From the NCBI GenBank assembly GCA_973895155.1, contig OZ316892.1, forward strand, positions 26,559,233 to 26,623,232: a stretch of 64,000 nucleotides of DNA, written 5' to 3'. This document shows, piece after piece, positions 12,450 to 23,657 of this stretch. Position 1 is the first letter of the stretch. Each line of letters starts with the position of its first letter. Source of the stretch: Marsupella aquatica. Lineage: Eukaryota; Plantae; Marchantiophyta. The notes under the pieces were generated by a model. That model had not been told where the DNA came from. It did not search any database and saw nothing but the letters and a program-made list of their open reading frames with translations. Position numbers and translations under genes: made by a program.

Positions 12450-14285
12450 TTACTCTGGTGCACAGTCGTAAAATAGCTGAGGGCCGAACACACAACCGTT
12501 TCATCCATAACCTTCTCTACTTACCTTTAGCAAGTTTGATCTTCTTTGATGTTACAGGTAAGGAATCTCTCTGCATTGCCCAAACAAGTCAAAAATCATG
12601 CAGTCAAGATCATCCACCAGAAGAATTACCTCGCAATTGAACAATCGAACAAGAGTTCACACAGGTTACCATAACACAGATTGGTTCTTGCTCCACAGCT
12701 ATTTGGACACTACGACTCGTGGAAGACGTGTGAGTATCACAAAGATTGCACCACTCACAATATCAGGGAAGTAGAAATCAATGCCCGAGGCCTTTAGCTT
12801 CGCGCGCCGTAGCTTATCCTTCTTCAATAAACCTTTCAACTGCTTCTTTTGCTCCGCAGGAGTTCGGACCTGAAAATTGACATAAAAGACATATTCAGGA
12901 ATCTCTTCATGCCATCTGGCTATGGAGAGTCAGGTGAAAGGATACCCTGCTTTACTAAATTGTATGAGCCAATGCAAGCAGTAGCACCAAACCGAAGTGA
13001 CATGACACGGGAAATTACAACTACCAGAATAGGTAGGTTTTGACAAGACCTGCAGTTGGCATACCTTGTTATGTAGCTTTCTCTGCATCTCCTGAAACTT
13101 CACTACTTTAAATTTCCGGTTTGCTCCCACCCACCTATTCATAGATGAAAAAAGTGTTACTAAAGATTAGGCTACAGAAACGCCACATGCGTGCTAAATT
13201 TTCAATCATCACCTCCTCAAGGAACGCTGCTGAGAGGAACTGCATAATTAAATTTACGGTAATAATAAAAGAAGAAAGAGGAATGGGAGTTTTAAGTCAG
13301 AAATCCTGCCATACATTTTGGGATGCAGCTTCTCCAGAGGCATCAGTTTCACTTGGAGCATGGATTCCATAAGAAGGTAGTTATTCATACTCTCCGCTAC
13401 AATAGCTGCTACCTGAAACAAAGGCAAACCAGACATTGAAACCACGTCACACAACCAGTTCGCCGTAGGAGTATCACCTCCAGCTCCTGGTTTTCAACCG
13501 TGAGAAAAATATATTCCTGTGAAAAGAAAATTGATGAGGAAAAACACTAGGAGAGGAACCTGGCCTTGCGCTGACTCTTTAAAGGTAGTAGGTGCCCTTG
13601 TGACATACATATGTTACCTACTGGAAAAGGGTTTCTCAAGCCAAGGCGTGCATAAAGTCATTGACAAATTCAGAGACATGGTTTTCTCTAAGTAACATTT
13701 CTACCATCCCGTCAGGGCACATGCTCTGAAGCGGGACCCTCGGCGTGTTCCAATGTTCTCCAAATCTGACAGCAGTCATTTGATTACACGAACTGGATAA
13801 TTTTCTTACCTCCGGGACCTCGAATTGAATGAACCCATAATGCTTGGATTTTCCTGTCTGCACAAGCAATGACACCGAACCCCAAACAAGAGACTGATCA
13901 GAAAACGGTAATGGAGATCGGCACCATCAAAGCAGCCTAGATATAGCTGGAGAATTGCTTCAAACCTTGGCGGCTCTAACCTGGAAGTCCAGAACCCTTA
14001 ATAAATTTCGGAGATGAACAGTGCAGCAACTCATTACTTAAAGAAACAGGTCGCCCATTTCCACAAGTGTGCGAGCTAAAGCGAAAACAATAATACTTGC
14101 AAAATTAGGGCAACGACAGAAACCCTAACATACTTGCTTGTTGCGTGAAATACGAATCTTGGTAATTGTTCCGAATTGCTCAAAAAATTCTGCAACAGAA
14201 CAGGAAGCACGCACCAACGGGCAAACAGGTGAGTCCCACACCGCCAATACAATAGACCACAAAACGACTCCAAATACGTGATCAC

Positions 14286-14336
<51 letters not shown>

Positions 14337-14517
14337 CGCTCAGAGAGTTGTCGTCCTTACCTTTCATTTCCTTTTCGTAAAACCCATGAGGAATTCGTCC
14401 GACATAAACGACATTCGACTTGGAAGAATCAACAACCTCCTTCTCGAGTATCTGCTTGCTTCTCTTCTTGCGTTTCCCACCCGCAGCCTCCGAATCGTGT
14501 ATCACAATATCTGCCAT
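12450..14517 (-). CDS. NIFK/Nop15-like nucleolar RRM protein, about 8 exons (14361-14517, 14134-14189, 13810-13857, ~13316-13412, ~13064-13134, ~12760-12869, ~12525-12570, terminal ~12450-12454)
   Basis: VVYVGRIPHGFYEKEMKEFFEQFGTITKIRISRNKQTGKSKHYGFIQFE...VAAIVAESMNNYLL...KLHPKMWVGANR...KKDKLRRAKLKASGIDF, with GT-AG introns. The last exon is uncertain; an alternative stop lies near 12518. Confidence 0.88.
14288..14333. repeat. (GA)23 microsatellite in intron 1 of the NIFK-like gene
   Basis: Seen directly. Confidence 0.97.
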
Positions 14518-15744
14518 CTCCGCTGTCACAGGAGATCTGCTGTAAGCTCGGCTCTTAACGAATGAGCACTGAAAGCATTATAACTCACTGAAGAAAAGCT
14601 TAGAAGAGAGGGACTATCCTAGTGCGCAATGCGACTATCCGAAACTTGGTTTCGTTTACTTGTAATTATGCGGATAACTACAAGTTTCATTTTCCACGTT
14701 TGGGAGAGAGAACAATGTCAAGAAATACGAAAATGAAGCCCACTACTGTAGACCTCTAGGTTTGTCAAATGCTCCCATGGATTTTTACAACTCAGATGGA
14801 CCCCATTTTACTCACAAGTCACATGGAATATTTTAATTAGGCCGTCCTGATTGTGGAGTTTCTGTCTACTGCCCATGGGAGCATTATTTTTCAAGAAATA
14901 AGGTGTGACGTTACCTTATGTACAAGAAAATAATAAAAGTAAAGTTTTACATATTGGTGTGTTTTTTCTTGTTCCAGGGTATATTGTAGGGGATCAATGT
15001 ACAATTTAGACAGTGATAAGTCAGTGTTTTCATCAAGATGCTTTGAAAAGTATGAGCTATGGATTGTAAGTTTTTGCAGGTTTCAAAGAGAAATTGCAGC
15101 TTGGCTGGACCTCACCCCCTGAACCATGCAAGTCAGTTGGACAGCGCCTATGGACACCAAAAGTAGATTGGCTGTCTCACCTAGTTGAAGACATTTTGAA
15201 ACGGGCCTTGCTTTTGGCACTTGTAGTGTTTTCCAAATTCACTGGAATAGAATGAAAAATGGTCTGTTAGAAAGCTCATTCAAAGTCGTGAGAGGTTGGG
15301 CAATTGTAGAGAAATCTGGTTTGTAGGTGCATGATGACAATTATATTCAACTACATTTTGGTTTACATTCTACATTTTAATCTCCAGTTTAAAAATGTAC
15401 AGAGCAAATTTCATTGTTTGAATGGAGTCCATCTCAGTTAGGAAGTCCAGGGTGGACACGGGTGCACTGACCGCCTGATTAGTGTCAGAAGCATTTTAGG
15501 GGACCATAGATTTTCAACCTGCGACCCAGTCTGCAACATTCCAGTCATCCATGCATATGAAATGCTACATACTCCATACCATATTATAAGTTTAAATTGC
15601 ATGATAGTCGTATGTAGTAATGACATAAGTTTAATTGCAAATTTTACACAGTCAATAAAGTAGTGCACAATGTAATCAATGAGAAATCAAAACATACTGA
15701 AAACGAGGGAAAAGTAGGATGGGGGTGTTAAGGTTTGAAAGGGA

Positions 15745-16070
15745 AAAAAAACCATTCTCACTTTGTTGTACTTTGGTGGTTGTTGTTGCCTCTTTGTTTT
15801 GCATCATGACATCTTTTGTTTGAGACCATTTTTATGCAATAAGATCTTTTTAACAAACAAACTATTTTACTCAAAATATCTTTTACACCATGATATTTTT
15901 TCTCAACTCCATCTTTAGCACGATGTCATCTATTATGCATTGACATCTTTTATTGAACCATATCCTTTAGTAAAGTACATCTTTTGAACAACCACATATT
16001 TTACTTAACATAGTTTGGGCAACAGCTTTTTAATGTAATTACATGTTTACACAACAATATCTTCCGTGCC
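15745..16070. repeat. Dispersed AT-rich repeat, copy 2 (same family as 8300-8700)
   Basis: Collinear shared blocks with 8300-8700. Confidence 0.7.
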
Positions 16071-16124
16071 ACACATGGAGATTGAACTGACTCATATGTC
16101 ATCCCCCCATGTGGGCTGCGGTAT

Positions 16125-16400
16125 AGTGATGCATACTCCAAAGTAAAACATCTATCCTCTCTTGGAGGTGCACTCCAAAGCATAGAGTCTGTCCTCTCTT
16201 GGATGGGTCAGTGGTGCATATTCCAAAGGAGGGTCCGCATCAGGCTTTCAAGGCAAAAACATTTGGATGGGTCAGTGGTGCATACTCCAATGGAGATCTA
16301 TCCTCCCTTGGATGCATACTCCAAAGGAGAACATCTATCCTCTCTTGGATGGGTCCACCTTAGGATTTCAAGGCAAAAACAAAACGCCAAGGAGCCTTGA
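16125..16400. repeat. Degenerate modular repeats (tgcatactccaa / atctatcctctcttgga / ggatgggtcagtggtgcat)
   Basis: The motifs recur 2-5 times in shuffled order. Confidence 0.6.
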
Positions 16401-16708
16401 GACAGAGGACGTCTATAGTCTCTTGGATTAGTTCGATGGGTCTCCTTTCGGCTTTCATGGCAAAAACAAGACGCCAAGCAGCAATGAGACAGGGAAACAC
16501 AAAGGAGACAAAAGAGAGGATTTGAATTGAAATTCCTGAGAGTTAAACTGGTCCCTCGTGAGATGGTGCAGTACTTGGTGTAGATGAAATGCGACTGGGT
16601 TTTTGTCAGTAGTAGCTCGTGTTGAAATCGGGAGACGTTTCTGAGAAAGCAAGTCTTTCGAAGAAATGACCACCTAGCTTCACTCCATTCCATCCCATTG
16701 CTTCACTT

Positions 16709-17041
16709 CATTCATTGCCTGCACTTGGAGATCGGATACGCAGGGGAGGGGGCCAGCTTACTACAGAAATAATCCCAGTTACTGCATTAACCAGTACTTT
16801 GGCCTCATTCTGGAGCCTCATTCATTGCCTGCACTAGGGGATCGGATAAGCAGGGGAGGGGGCCAGCTTACTACAGAAATAAATCCCATTTACTGCATTA
16901 ACCAGTACTTTGGCCTCATTCTGGAGCCTCATTCATGGCCTGCACTTGGGGATCGGATAAGCAGGGGAGGGGGCCAGCGTACCACAGAAATAATCCCAGT
17001 TACTGCATTAACCAGTCCTTTGGGCCCTCATTCTGGAGCCT
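16709..17041. repeat. Tandem repeat, ~110 bp x3
   Basis: cattcattgcctgcact...gatcggata.gcaggggagggggccagc...cctcattctggagcct at 16709, 16819 and 16930. Confidence 0.92.
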
Positions 17042-17560
17042 CCCGAAAGCCTAGATCCAATTTGAGTTGTGAATGCCAGTTTTAGAGAGACAACAATTTT
17101 GTTGTCCGAGACCAGCGAAAGGTGGAACTACAGTACAACTTAGTAATGTGCATCAGTGGATGTTTATCGTTGCCTTGGGCATTTATCCTGGTCCTTTTGG
17201 CTTTTTGGCCTTTTGCTTTTTCTCCCTTGATTGGGTTTCTTGCCTGAGAGATTTGTCTCCAGGTTGGGTGCTCTTTGTTTTTTGGCAGATTGAAATATGT
17301 AATCTTGTCTCTCATGTTTGATATATATAATCATGTCTCTCATGAGGTGAAGTCATCATCCAGAGGCCGGCCACCGTCGTCAGTGGAAAGGGAGGAGAGC
17401 GCGAGTGCAGAGGACGAGTTTCCAGCTCGACTGTGAGCTGAGATTTTTCTCCCCGCAGCCGCGAGAGCCGGCAGGCAGCAGGAGCCGATTAGATTTATAT
17501 TTCACACCGTTTACGTCGAGGGACGTTTCTTTAAGAGCGCGGAATCCGGGCGACAAGCTT

Positions 17561-20175
17561 CGACACGCTGAAAACGGTGGATTGCTGTGATTTCGTTGTT
17601 GTGTATGTAACCTCGTTGGATTTGCCTTTGCTCTCTTCTTTCGTCTGAAAGCTGGAAAAAGAGGAAACCAATCATGGCGGGCAAGATTCTGCATCGGTTG
17701 ACTTCCCTTTCTTCTTCGTCTGCCCGTCTTCGGCACCTCTCCGTTTGACCAGGCCGCCCACTTACGCATAGCCCCCGCCCCCCGCAACACCCCCACCATT
17801 ACTCAACTCTGCTTCTTTGAGCTATTGTGCGCCGTATGAAGCTCAGTGCAGGCACAGAATGTGCACTGGCAAATCGCTGATCGAACACTGAACACTGCAC
17901 AGAAATTTCACGGATCTCGGAATTCCTAGTTGCGTGGAGAGTCATGATACAGTGGTGGCCGTCGTCGAGGTCAACTTGGCAGATTTGACAAGCCCAAATT
18001 CGTCTTAGCAGTCTCACAAAAGGAAGAGAAAAGGCTCGTATTCCTCGTAGACCAACGGCAGCGATGGCGTCAATTGTAGGAGAGTGTCATGAGAATGATG
18101 GTAAGGCTGCTGCTGCACATTTGGTGTTCATCCCGCTGGCCACCCATTCACACATCGTACCACTGCTGAGGCTCGCGACTGAGCTCGCCCGCGAGGGAAT
18201 CACCATCACTTTCGTAAGTTGGGAGCACACAATTGCTCAGCTTCGCACTTCGGCTGAAAATCCGGAATGGCAGAGTCTGGGCGTTCGGCTAGTCGGTTTG
18301 CCCCAACGAGAGCCCGACGACCAACGCCCAGCCATGAAGGTCCCTCCAGTGGTCTTAGTAGGAGCTTTTAAGCCATTGAGGGAGCAGTGGATTCAGGAGA
18401 AGAGCGCCGGCATCGGAGGACGTCCAACGGGTATAGTATCGGACATGTTTCTCCCCTGGACTCAGGAGTTGGCTGATACATTGGAGATTCCAAGGTATAT
18501 GTTCTTTCCGTCAGCAACAATCTTTGCAAGGGCGCTGCAAGGCATTCTAGATTGTCATGAAAGTGGCCAATTCCATTTCTCAGATACCGACGTGGACTCG
18601 CAAGTTTGCATCTCTGGTCTCCCTCCTTTGCGTTACTTCGAGATCCCCAGATCTTTCCGAGAGCATACTGAATACATGCAGATGAAATGTGAATCGGTGG
18701 AGCGAGCGGCAGGTCTGCTGATAAACTCGTTTCCCGCGCTGGAAGAAAGCGTTATTGACACATGGAGAAAGACCGTGGATCACCGCAAGGTGCCCAAGAT
18801 TTACCCTATTGGTCCTCTGTTTTCGACGTCGGTCACCGTCCCAAATGTGCGAAACGGTCGAGGCTCAGAGGATCTGTTTCCCGTCCCAAACGTACGAGAC
18901 GGTCGAGGCTCAGAGGATCCAGCAAGCATATGCCTTCAATTCCTTGGCTCCCAGGCTCCCTCTTCGGTTCTCTATATTGCTTTTGGAAGCCAGGTCGGCC
19001 TTCGTCCAGAGCAGATAAAGGAACTGGCATTGGGACTGGAAGACAGTGAGCAGCATTTCTTGTGGGTCATTGCACCGTCGAAGGGTACGCCAGGGAAGCA
19101 GCCCCCGTCACTCAACGAACTACTTCCAACAGGTTTTGAAGCACGGTTAGGGGAACGTTGCTGTATTGTAACTGGGTGGGCACCCCAAATGCAAATCCTG
19201 GCTCATTCATCTACTGGTGGCTTCCTCACTCACTGTGGATGGAACTCCACTCTGGAGACTATAATGTTGGGCGTGCCAATGATTGCATGCCCATTGGCTG
19301 GAGAGCAGCATCTCAATTGCAGATATCTGGTCGATGAGCTGAAGGTCGCGATAGAACTTATGACGGGGCCTCACCAGGTTTTCAAACGGAACGAGGTTGT
19401 GAGGGCGGTCCGGCTTTTGATGGTAGAACCGGAAAGGAACGCAATCCGAAGCAGAATGGAAGACCTCCACAGGACGGCAACAGCAGCAGTGGCTGAAGGT
19501 GGATCCAAGGCACGGGTTCTCCAGGAATTCTTGGATGATATCCGGAATCACAACCTGTTCAGACAATCGGGACGCAAGTAGAAGTTAATCAGCCCACGTG
19601 AAAAGTAAAGGTCCAACGGGAAAACTTGATTGCCAGATCTGAGCATCATTGCATCTTAGCAGGTCATTACAATCATAATCTGAAAGCTTGTGATAGTGAA
19701 TACCAAGAGCAATTTACTAAACGTTGTTCGATGGAATTCAAGGTCTTCGGTAACCTTGTTCTCATTGGAGTGGCGAGTCTCAAATCTCCTTCGACTGAGA
19801 TTGGATTCAAAGGCATATATCAGCTAGATTGGGTAACTAACTAGAATTTTTGGGGCATTTCTTGGTGATGTTTGTCGCAGCCTCCAAAAATCCTAAGCGA
19901 CTGGCACTGTATTCAAGTAACATCCAGAAAGTACTCCAAATTGTGCTGCAATGAGTTTTTCAGCTCAATTTATAAGGAGACAATATTTGGAGTCAGGAGT
20001 CCTGGTCGCCTTATCTGTAGGGGGGGGGGGGAGGAACACACAGCAAGCTAACTCTCCTACGCAGTTCGCTCCCACCTTGAAATTGGAAAATCAATTACGA
20101 CGTCCCAATCGGATGATACCATAATTCAAAAGATGATCCTGAGAATGACCGCACGATCGAAAAACACTAAGCTGC
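17561..20175 (+). repeat. Segmental duplication unit containing UGT1; paralogue at 23413-25875
   Basis: Homology starts at cgacacgctgaaaacgg (17561/23413) and ends at aacactaagctgc (20175/25875). Confidence 0.92.
18064..19581 (+). CDS. Family-1 UDP-glycosyltransferase (UGT copy 1), intronless
   Basis: N-terminal catalytic His (THSHIVP), IVSDMF, SVLYIAFGSQ, and PSPG box WAPQMQILAHSSTGGFLTHCGWNSTLETIMLGVPMIACPLAGEQ. Confidence 0.97.
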   Translation: MASIVGECHENDGKAAAAHLVFIPLATHSHIVPLLRLATELAREGITITFVSWEHTIAQLRTSAENPEWQSLGVRLVGLPQREPDDQRPAMKVPPVVLVGAFKPLREQWIQEKSAGIGGRPTGIVSDMFLPWTQELADTLEIPRYMFFPSATIFARALQGILDCHESGQFHFSDTDVDSQVCISGLPPLRYFEIPRSFREHTEYMQMKCESVERAAGLLINSFPALEESVIDTWRKTVDHRKVPKIYPIGPLFSTSVTVPNVRNGRGSEDLFPVPNVRDGRGSEDPASICLQFLGSQAPSSVLYIAFGSQVGLRPEQIKELALGLEDSEQHFLWVIAPSKGTPGKQPPSLNELLPTGFEARLGERCCIVTGWAPQMQILAHSSTGGFLTHCGWNSTLETIMLGVPMIACPLAGEQHLNCRYLVDELKVAIELMTGPHQVFKRNEVVRAVRLLMVEPERNAIRSRMEDLHRTATAAVAEGGSKARVLQEFLDDIRNHNLFRQSGRK

Positions 20176-20293
20176 AAATTAATGAGCTTTTAGTTTTGAA
20201 GATGATACCATAATTCAAAGGATGAACCTGAGAACGACCGCACGATCGAAAAACACTAAGCAGCAAATTAATGAGCTTTTAGTTTTGAAGATG
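20112..20293. repeat. ~88-bp tandem duplication at the right end of the UGT1 unit
   Basis: gatgataccataattcaaa.gatga.cctgagaa.gaccgcacgatcgaaaaacactaagc.gcaaattaatgagcttttagttttgaa occurs twice. Confidence 0.85.
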
Positions 20294-20534
20294 GCCGAGC
20301 ACATTGAACGGAAAGGAAATGGTGAGCGTAAAGACTAGACAAGTCTGTTCTCAGGCCGAAAAGCCAGGTAGAGATATAAATGGCTCGGTGTTGAAATAAA
20401 TGTAAGAAACATGACATGATTTCCCAGTATCCACCTCTTTGATCTGAGGTACATGAACTAGGTTCTAAAGCCAAAGTTATGAACTCAGCCAGGAGTGGAA
20501 AAAAGAGCACAAGTCATCCCAATTGTTCATCTAG

Positions 20535-23404
20535 CCTGGTTCCCAGCTGAGTCCCATCTATGCAACAATCCTGTGTGTGGCCTTCCGATCCCAAGACAGC
20601 TTCTTCTACTCTCGCAGTAGTTACGGCCCTCATGTCCTTGCTAGTTTTGCTTCTTCTAGCTCGGAACAAGCCGAGAACTACATTATTAGGGCTCTCAAAT
20701 ATGAAAAAAAAATGACCCTGCAGCACATTCCAGAAAAATCCCAGGATGTAGCAACTGATGGCTATGAAAAAGGTGGTCAGCATGGCAGCAATGAATGTCA
20801 GCTCCTCCATCAGGGAGTCTCAAATACAATGAATTTTTGCGGGTGACCTTGTTGGGGAGTGTTGTGGCCTGGGGCAGCGGGAACGAGGCCTGACCATCAT
20901 GCCCGGGAGTCATGACCAAAACCGAGGGCCGACTACTACGAGGAGAGGACCTAATTTCAGTGTGTTCATTGACTCACGTTGTCATTTTCACACACTTCCG
21001 CGACCCCTCTCAAATCTGAGGGCCCCAAAATATTACTGCCTTGCTATACCCAGTTTCAGTGCGCCCCAATGCATTGCGGGACGCACGTGAGGTGGGTTTG
21101 TTTTTAATATTTGAGACGCCTGTTGTTATCGCTCCAAAACTGGGAGGCAAAGGCGTCTGGACTAGAGTTCAGTTCTAGCTCAGTGGCCCCTCTACAATGA
21201 AAGGGGGGAGACAATGTCACACCTCCACGCTTACGGTGACAACAGGAGGAACCTGTGTGAGATTACATTAAAGCAATGTTTCCGAGAAAACATGAGGTGA
21301 GTGACACCAGTGTATCAACTGGACACTCCCCAATTTTGTCACTAATTGAACGCTTAGCTCCAAGGCATGCTCATGGTCCTAAGTGCATAACTTGTCCAAC
21401 CTTGAACATTGGGACCGCTTGAAGTTCACAACGCTATTACTTGCAGATGCAATGGAGCCACTCATGGCTGCTTTGGGCTCCCAACAAGAGTCCATGCTCC
21501 TTGCCCATCCAAGTATTCCAAACCTTATTAATAGGCCACTCCCATGATGCAACTGCACTAGTCCTTCTCCCAAGTTGTCCATCCAAATACCCCGGCACCA
21601 TTCTACCTCAATGAATGTTCTGAGTTCATTGGGAGGTAGCTCCCATTTGTAGCGTGCACAAGCCCAAGAACTCCTCACCCCTAACTGTGATTGCAAAGAT
21701 ATTGTCAATTCCATTTGGGCTCGAGCCCTTATAGTGGGAAGCGCCCATGGTTCCCAAGATCCATTTGAGGAGAACGGGGAGGAGAACACTCCTCTTATAT
21801 ATGCTTCTGGAGACGTGTCACCCCTAGACCAACTTTGGTCCAGAATATTTGGCCCCAACCTTTGGTATTATTGGAGCCCCATATTTGAGTTTGTCCCCTT
21901 CAACCCGATTGTCAAATTGACAAGCTCGGATGAGTTTTGGAGTAGCACAAATGCACTCTTAGCCATGGTTTTCCAAAGGTCATCTGAGCTTTGAATTATG
22001 CCCTTGAAACCGTCAAGTCAAGATGTGACGAATTAGGTGCCCCGGCTCGAGCCAGTACCTTTGCATCTCAATCTTGCCCTAACCATAATCAAAGATCTAT
22101 ATGTCTATACGTTGATAACACACTTTACATGATTGTGACCAGGCTCATGGGATGCTCAAGGTGTTTCTACAGGGTCTACATTTCCAATACTTTCATTTGC
22201 AAGTGTTTTGCACATCCTACAATGACACCAAATCATAAACAAATGTTTCCTTTAGTAACTGCATGTGTGTGACTTGTCTTGGTAGTTTGAGCAATTGTAT
22301 GCCCAGAATCTTACATTGAGCTCTCTAGGTTCAACATATCCCTTACTTTAGGTTTTGAGGATCAGTCCACGCTTACTCCTAACCCAACGGCCGCAACATG
22401 TTTCATTCATGCTTATCAGTTCCCTCATCCCTAGCTGAATTCCTGGATGATCAATGGGTAAGGAATAGGATTTGCATTCGGGACCAAATGCTGGGGTTAG
22501 TAAACCCCAAAGTGAATATGAGTTCGTTGCAAGACATGTCAAGGAGTTAATTTTTAAAAATTTTCTCTTGCATTTTTATAACTTATGCTAATCTTTGTGT
22601 ATATACACTCATATTTCTCATGAATTTCCTTATTAGACACCCCCCTCCCCCCCCCCCCCCCCCCCGCAAGCCAGTAAACCACAGTAGATTCTCCATGGTA
22701 CCCTCCTTCCAACACAAGGTCACCACAGAGACTCTATCCACTGCGGAACTCCCTAAGAGAAATGGGGGGTGGTGGTTCCATGGTGCCCTCACTTCAGGTA
22801 GTCCTTAGCAAGGACTCTCACCGGAAGTGACGGCTGAGATATGCTCCCAAATTCTCGGGAGGCCCGATTGAGTGGCGGATCCAATGCACAGCTGGTCACA
22901 TGTTCTCTAAATTCGTGCTTCGTTTCTTCAACTTTTGACGAGTCCTTTATTAGGGTCGACTGTTCTGTTAATGTCGAGTTGTTGACAATTCGTTGGGCTG
23001 CTGTCCGATGGCGTACTTACTGCCAATGAGGTTTAAGTTCACTGCTTACTTGTTGATAATGGGCCTCGCTTCAATTTGTTAAATATGTGCTCAGAGTTCA
23101 CGTGAGCCCTCACCAATTGGCATGTTTCTCAAGTTTTTCTCGTCTTCTTTTGGTGCAGATGGGATGACTTGCAGGCTAGATTGATAGGATCGACTGTTCT
23201 CCCGTTCTGGTAATTAATAACATTTCCTTTGGCCTCTGGCCGATGTGTGTACTGCCTGTGAGGCTTGTGTATCGGCCTAGGTTCCATTGTCAGGTTTGTC
23301 AATTACCTCTGAAGGGCCACTTGAGCTTTGCTTTACCAATTTCCAGGTTTCTCAAATTTTCTCTTCTCTCCTTTTGTGCAGTTGAGATGGCTTTTATGCC
23401 TGAT
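20535..23404 (+). repeat. Inverted duplicate of 33252-~38630 (upstream region and 5' leader of the U-box gene), lacking two insertions present in the other copy
   Basis: Reverse-complement match throughout: ORF 23243 MCVLPVRLVYRP vs 33413 MCVLPVRFVYRP; 21858 PNILDQSWSR vs 34781; 20577 region vs 38424..38609. Confidence 0.92.
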
Positions 23405-23657
23405 ATACTATACGACACGCTGAAAACGGTGGATTGCTGTGATTTCGTTGTTCTGTACGTAACCTCCTTGGATTTGCCTTTACACTGCACAGAAATTTTT
23501 ACGGATTCTCGGAATTCCTAGTCGCGTGGAGAGTCATGATACGGTGGTGTCCGTCGTCGAGGTCAACTTGGCAGATTTGACAAGCCCAAATTCGTCTTAG
23601 CAGTCTCACAAAAGGAAGAGAAAAGGCTCGTATACTCCTCGGAGACCAACGGCAGCG

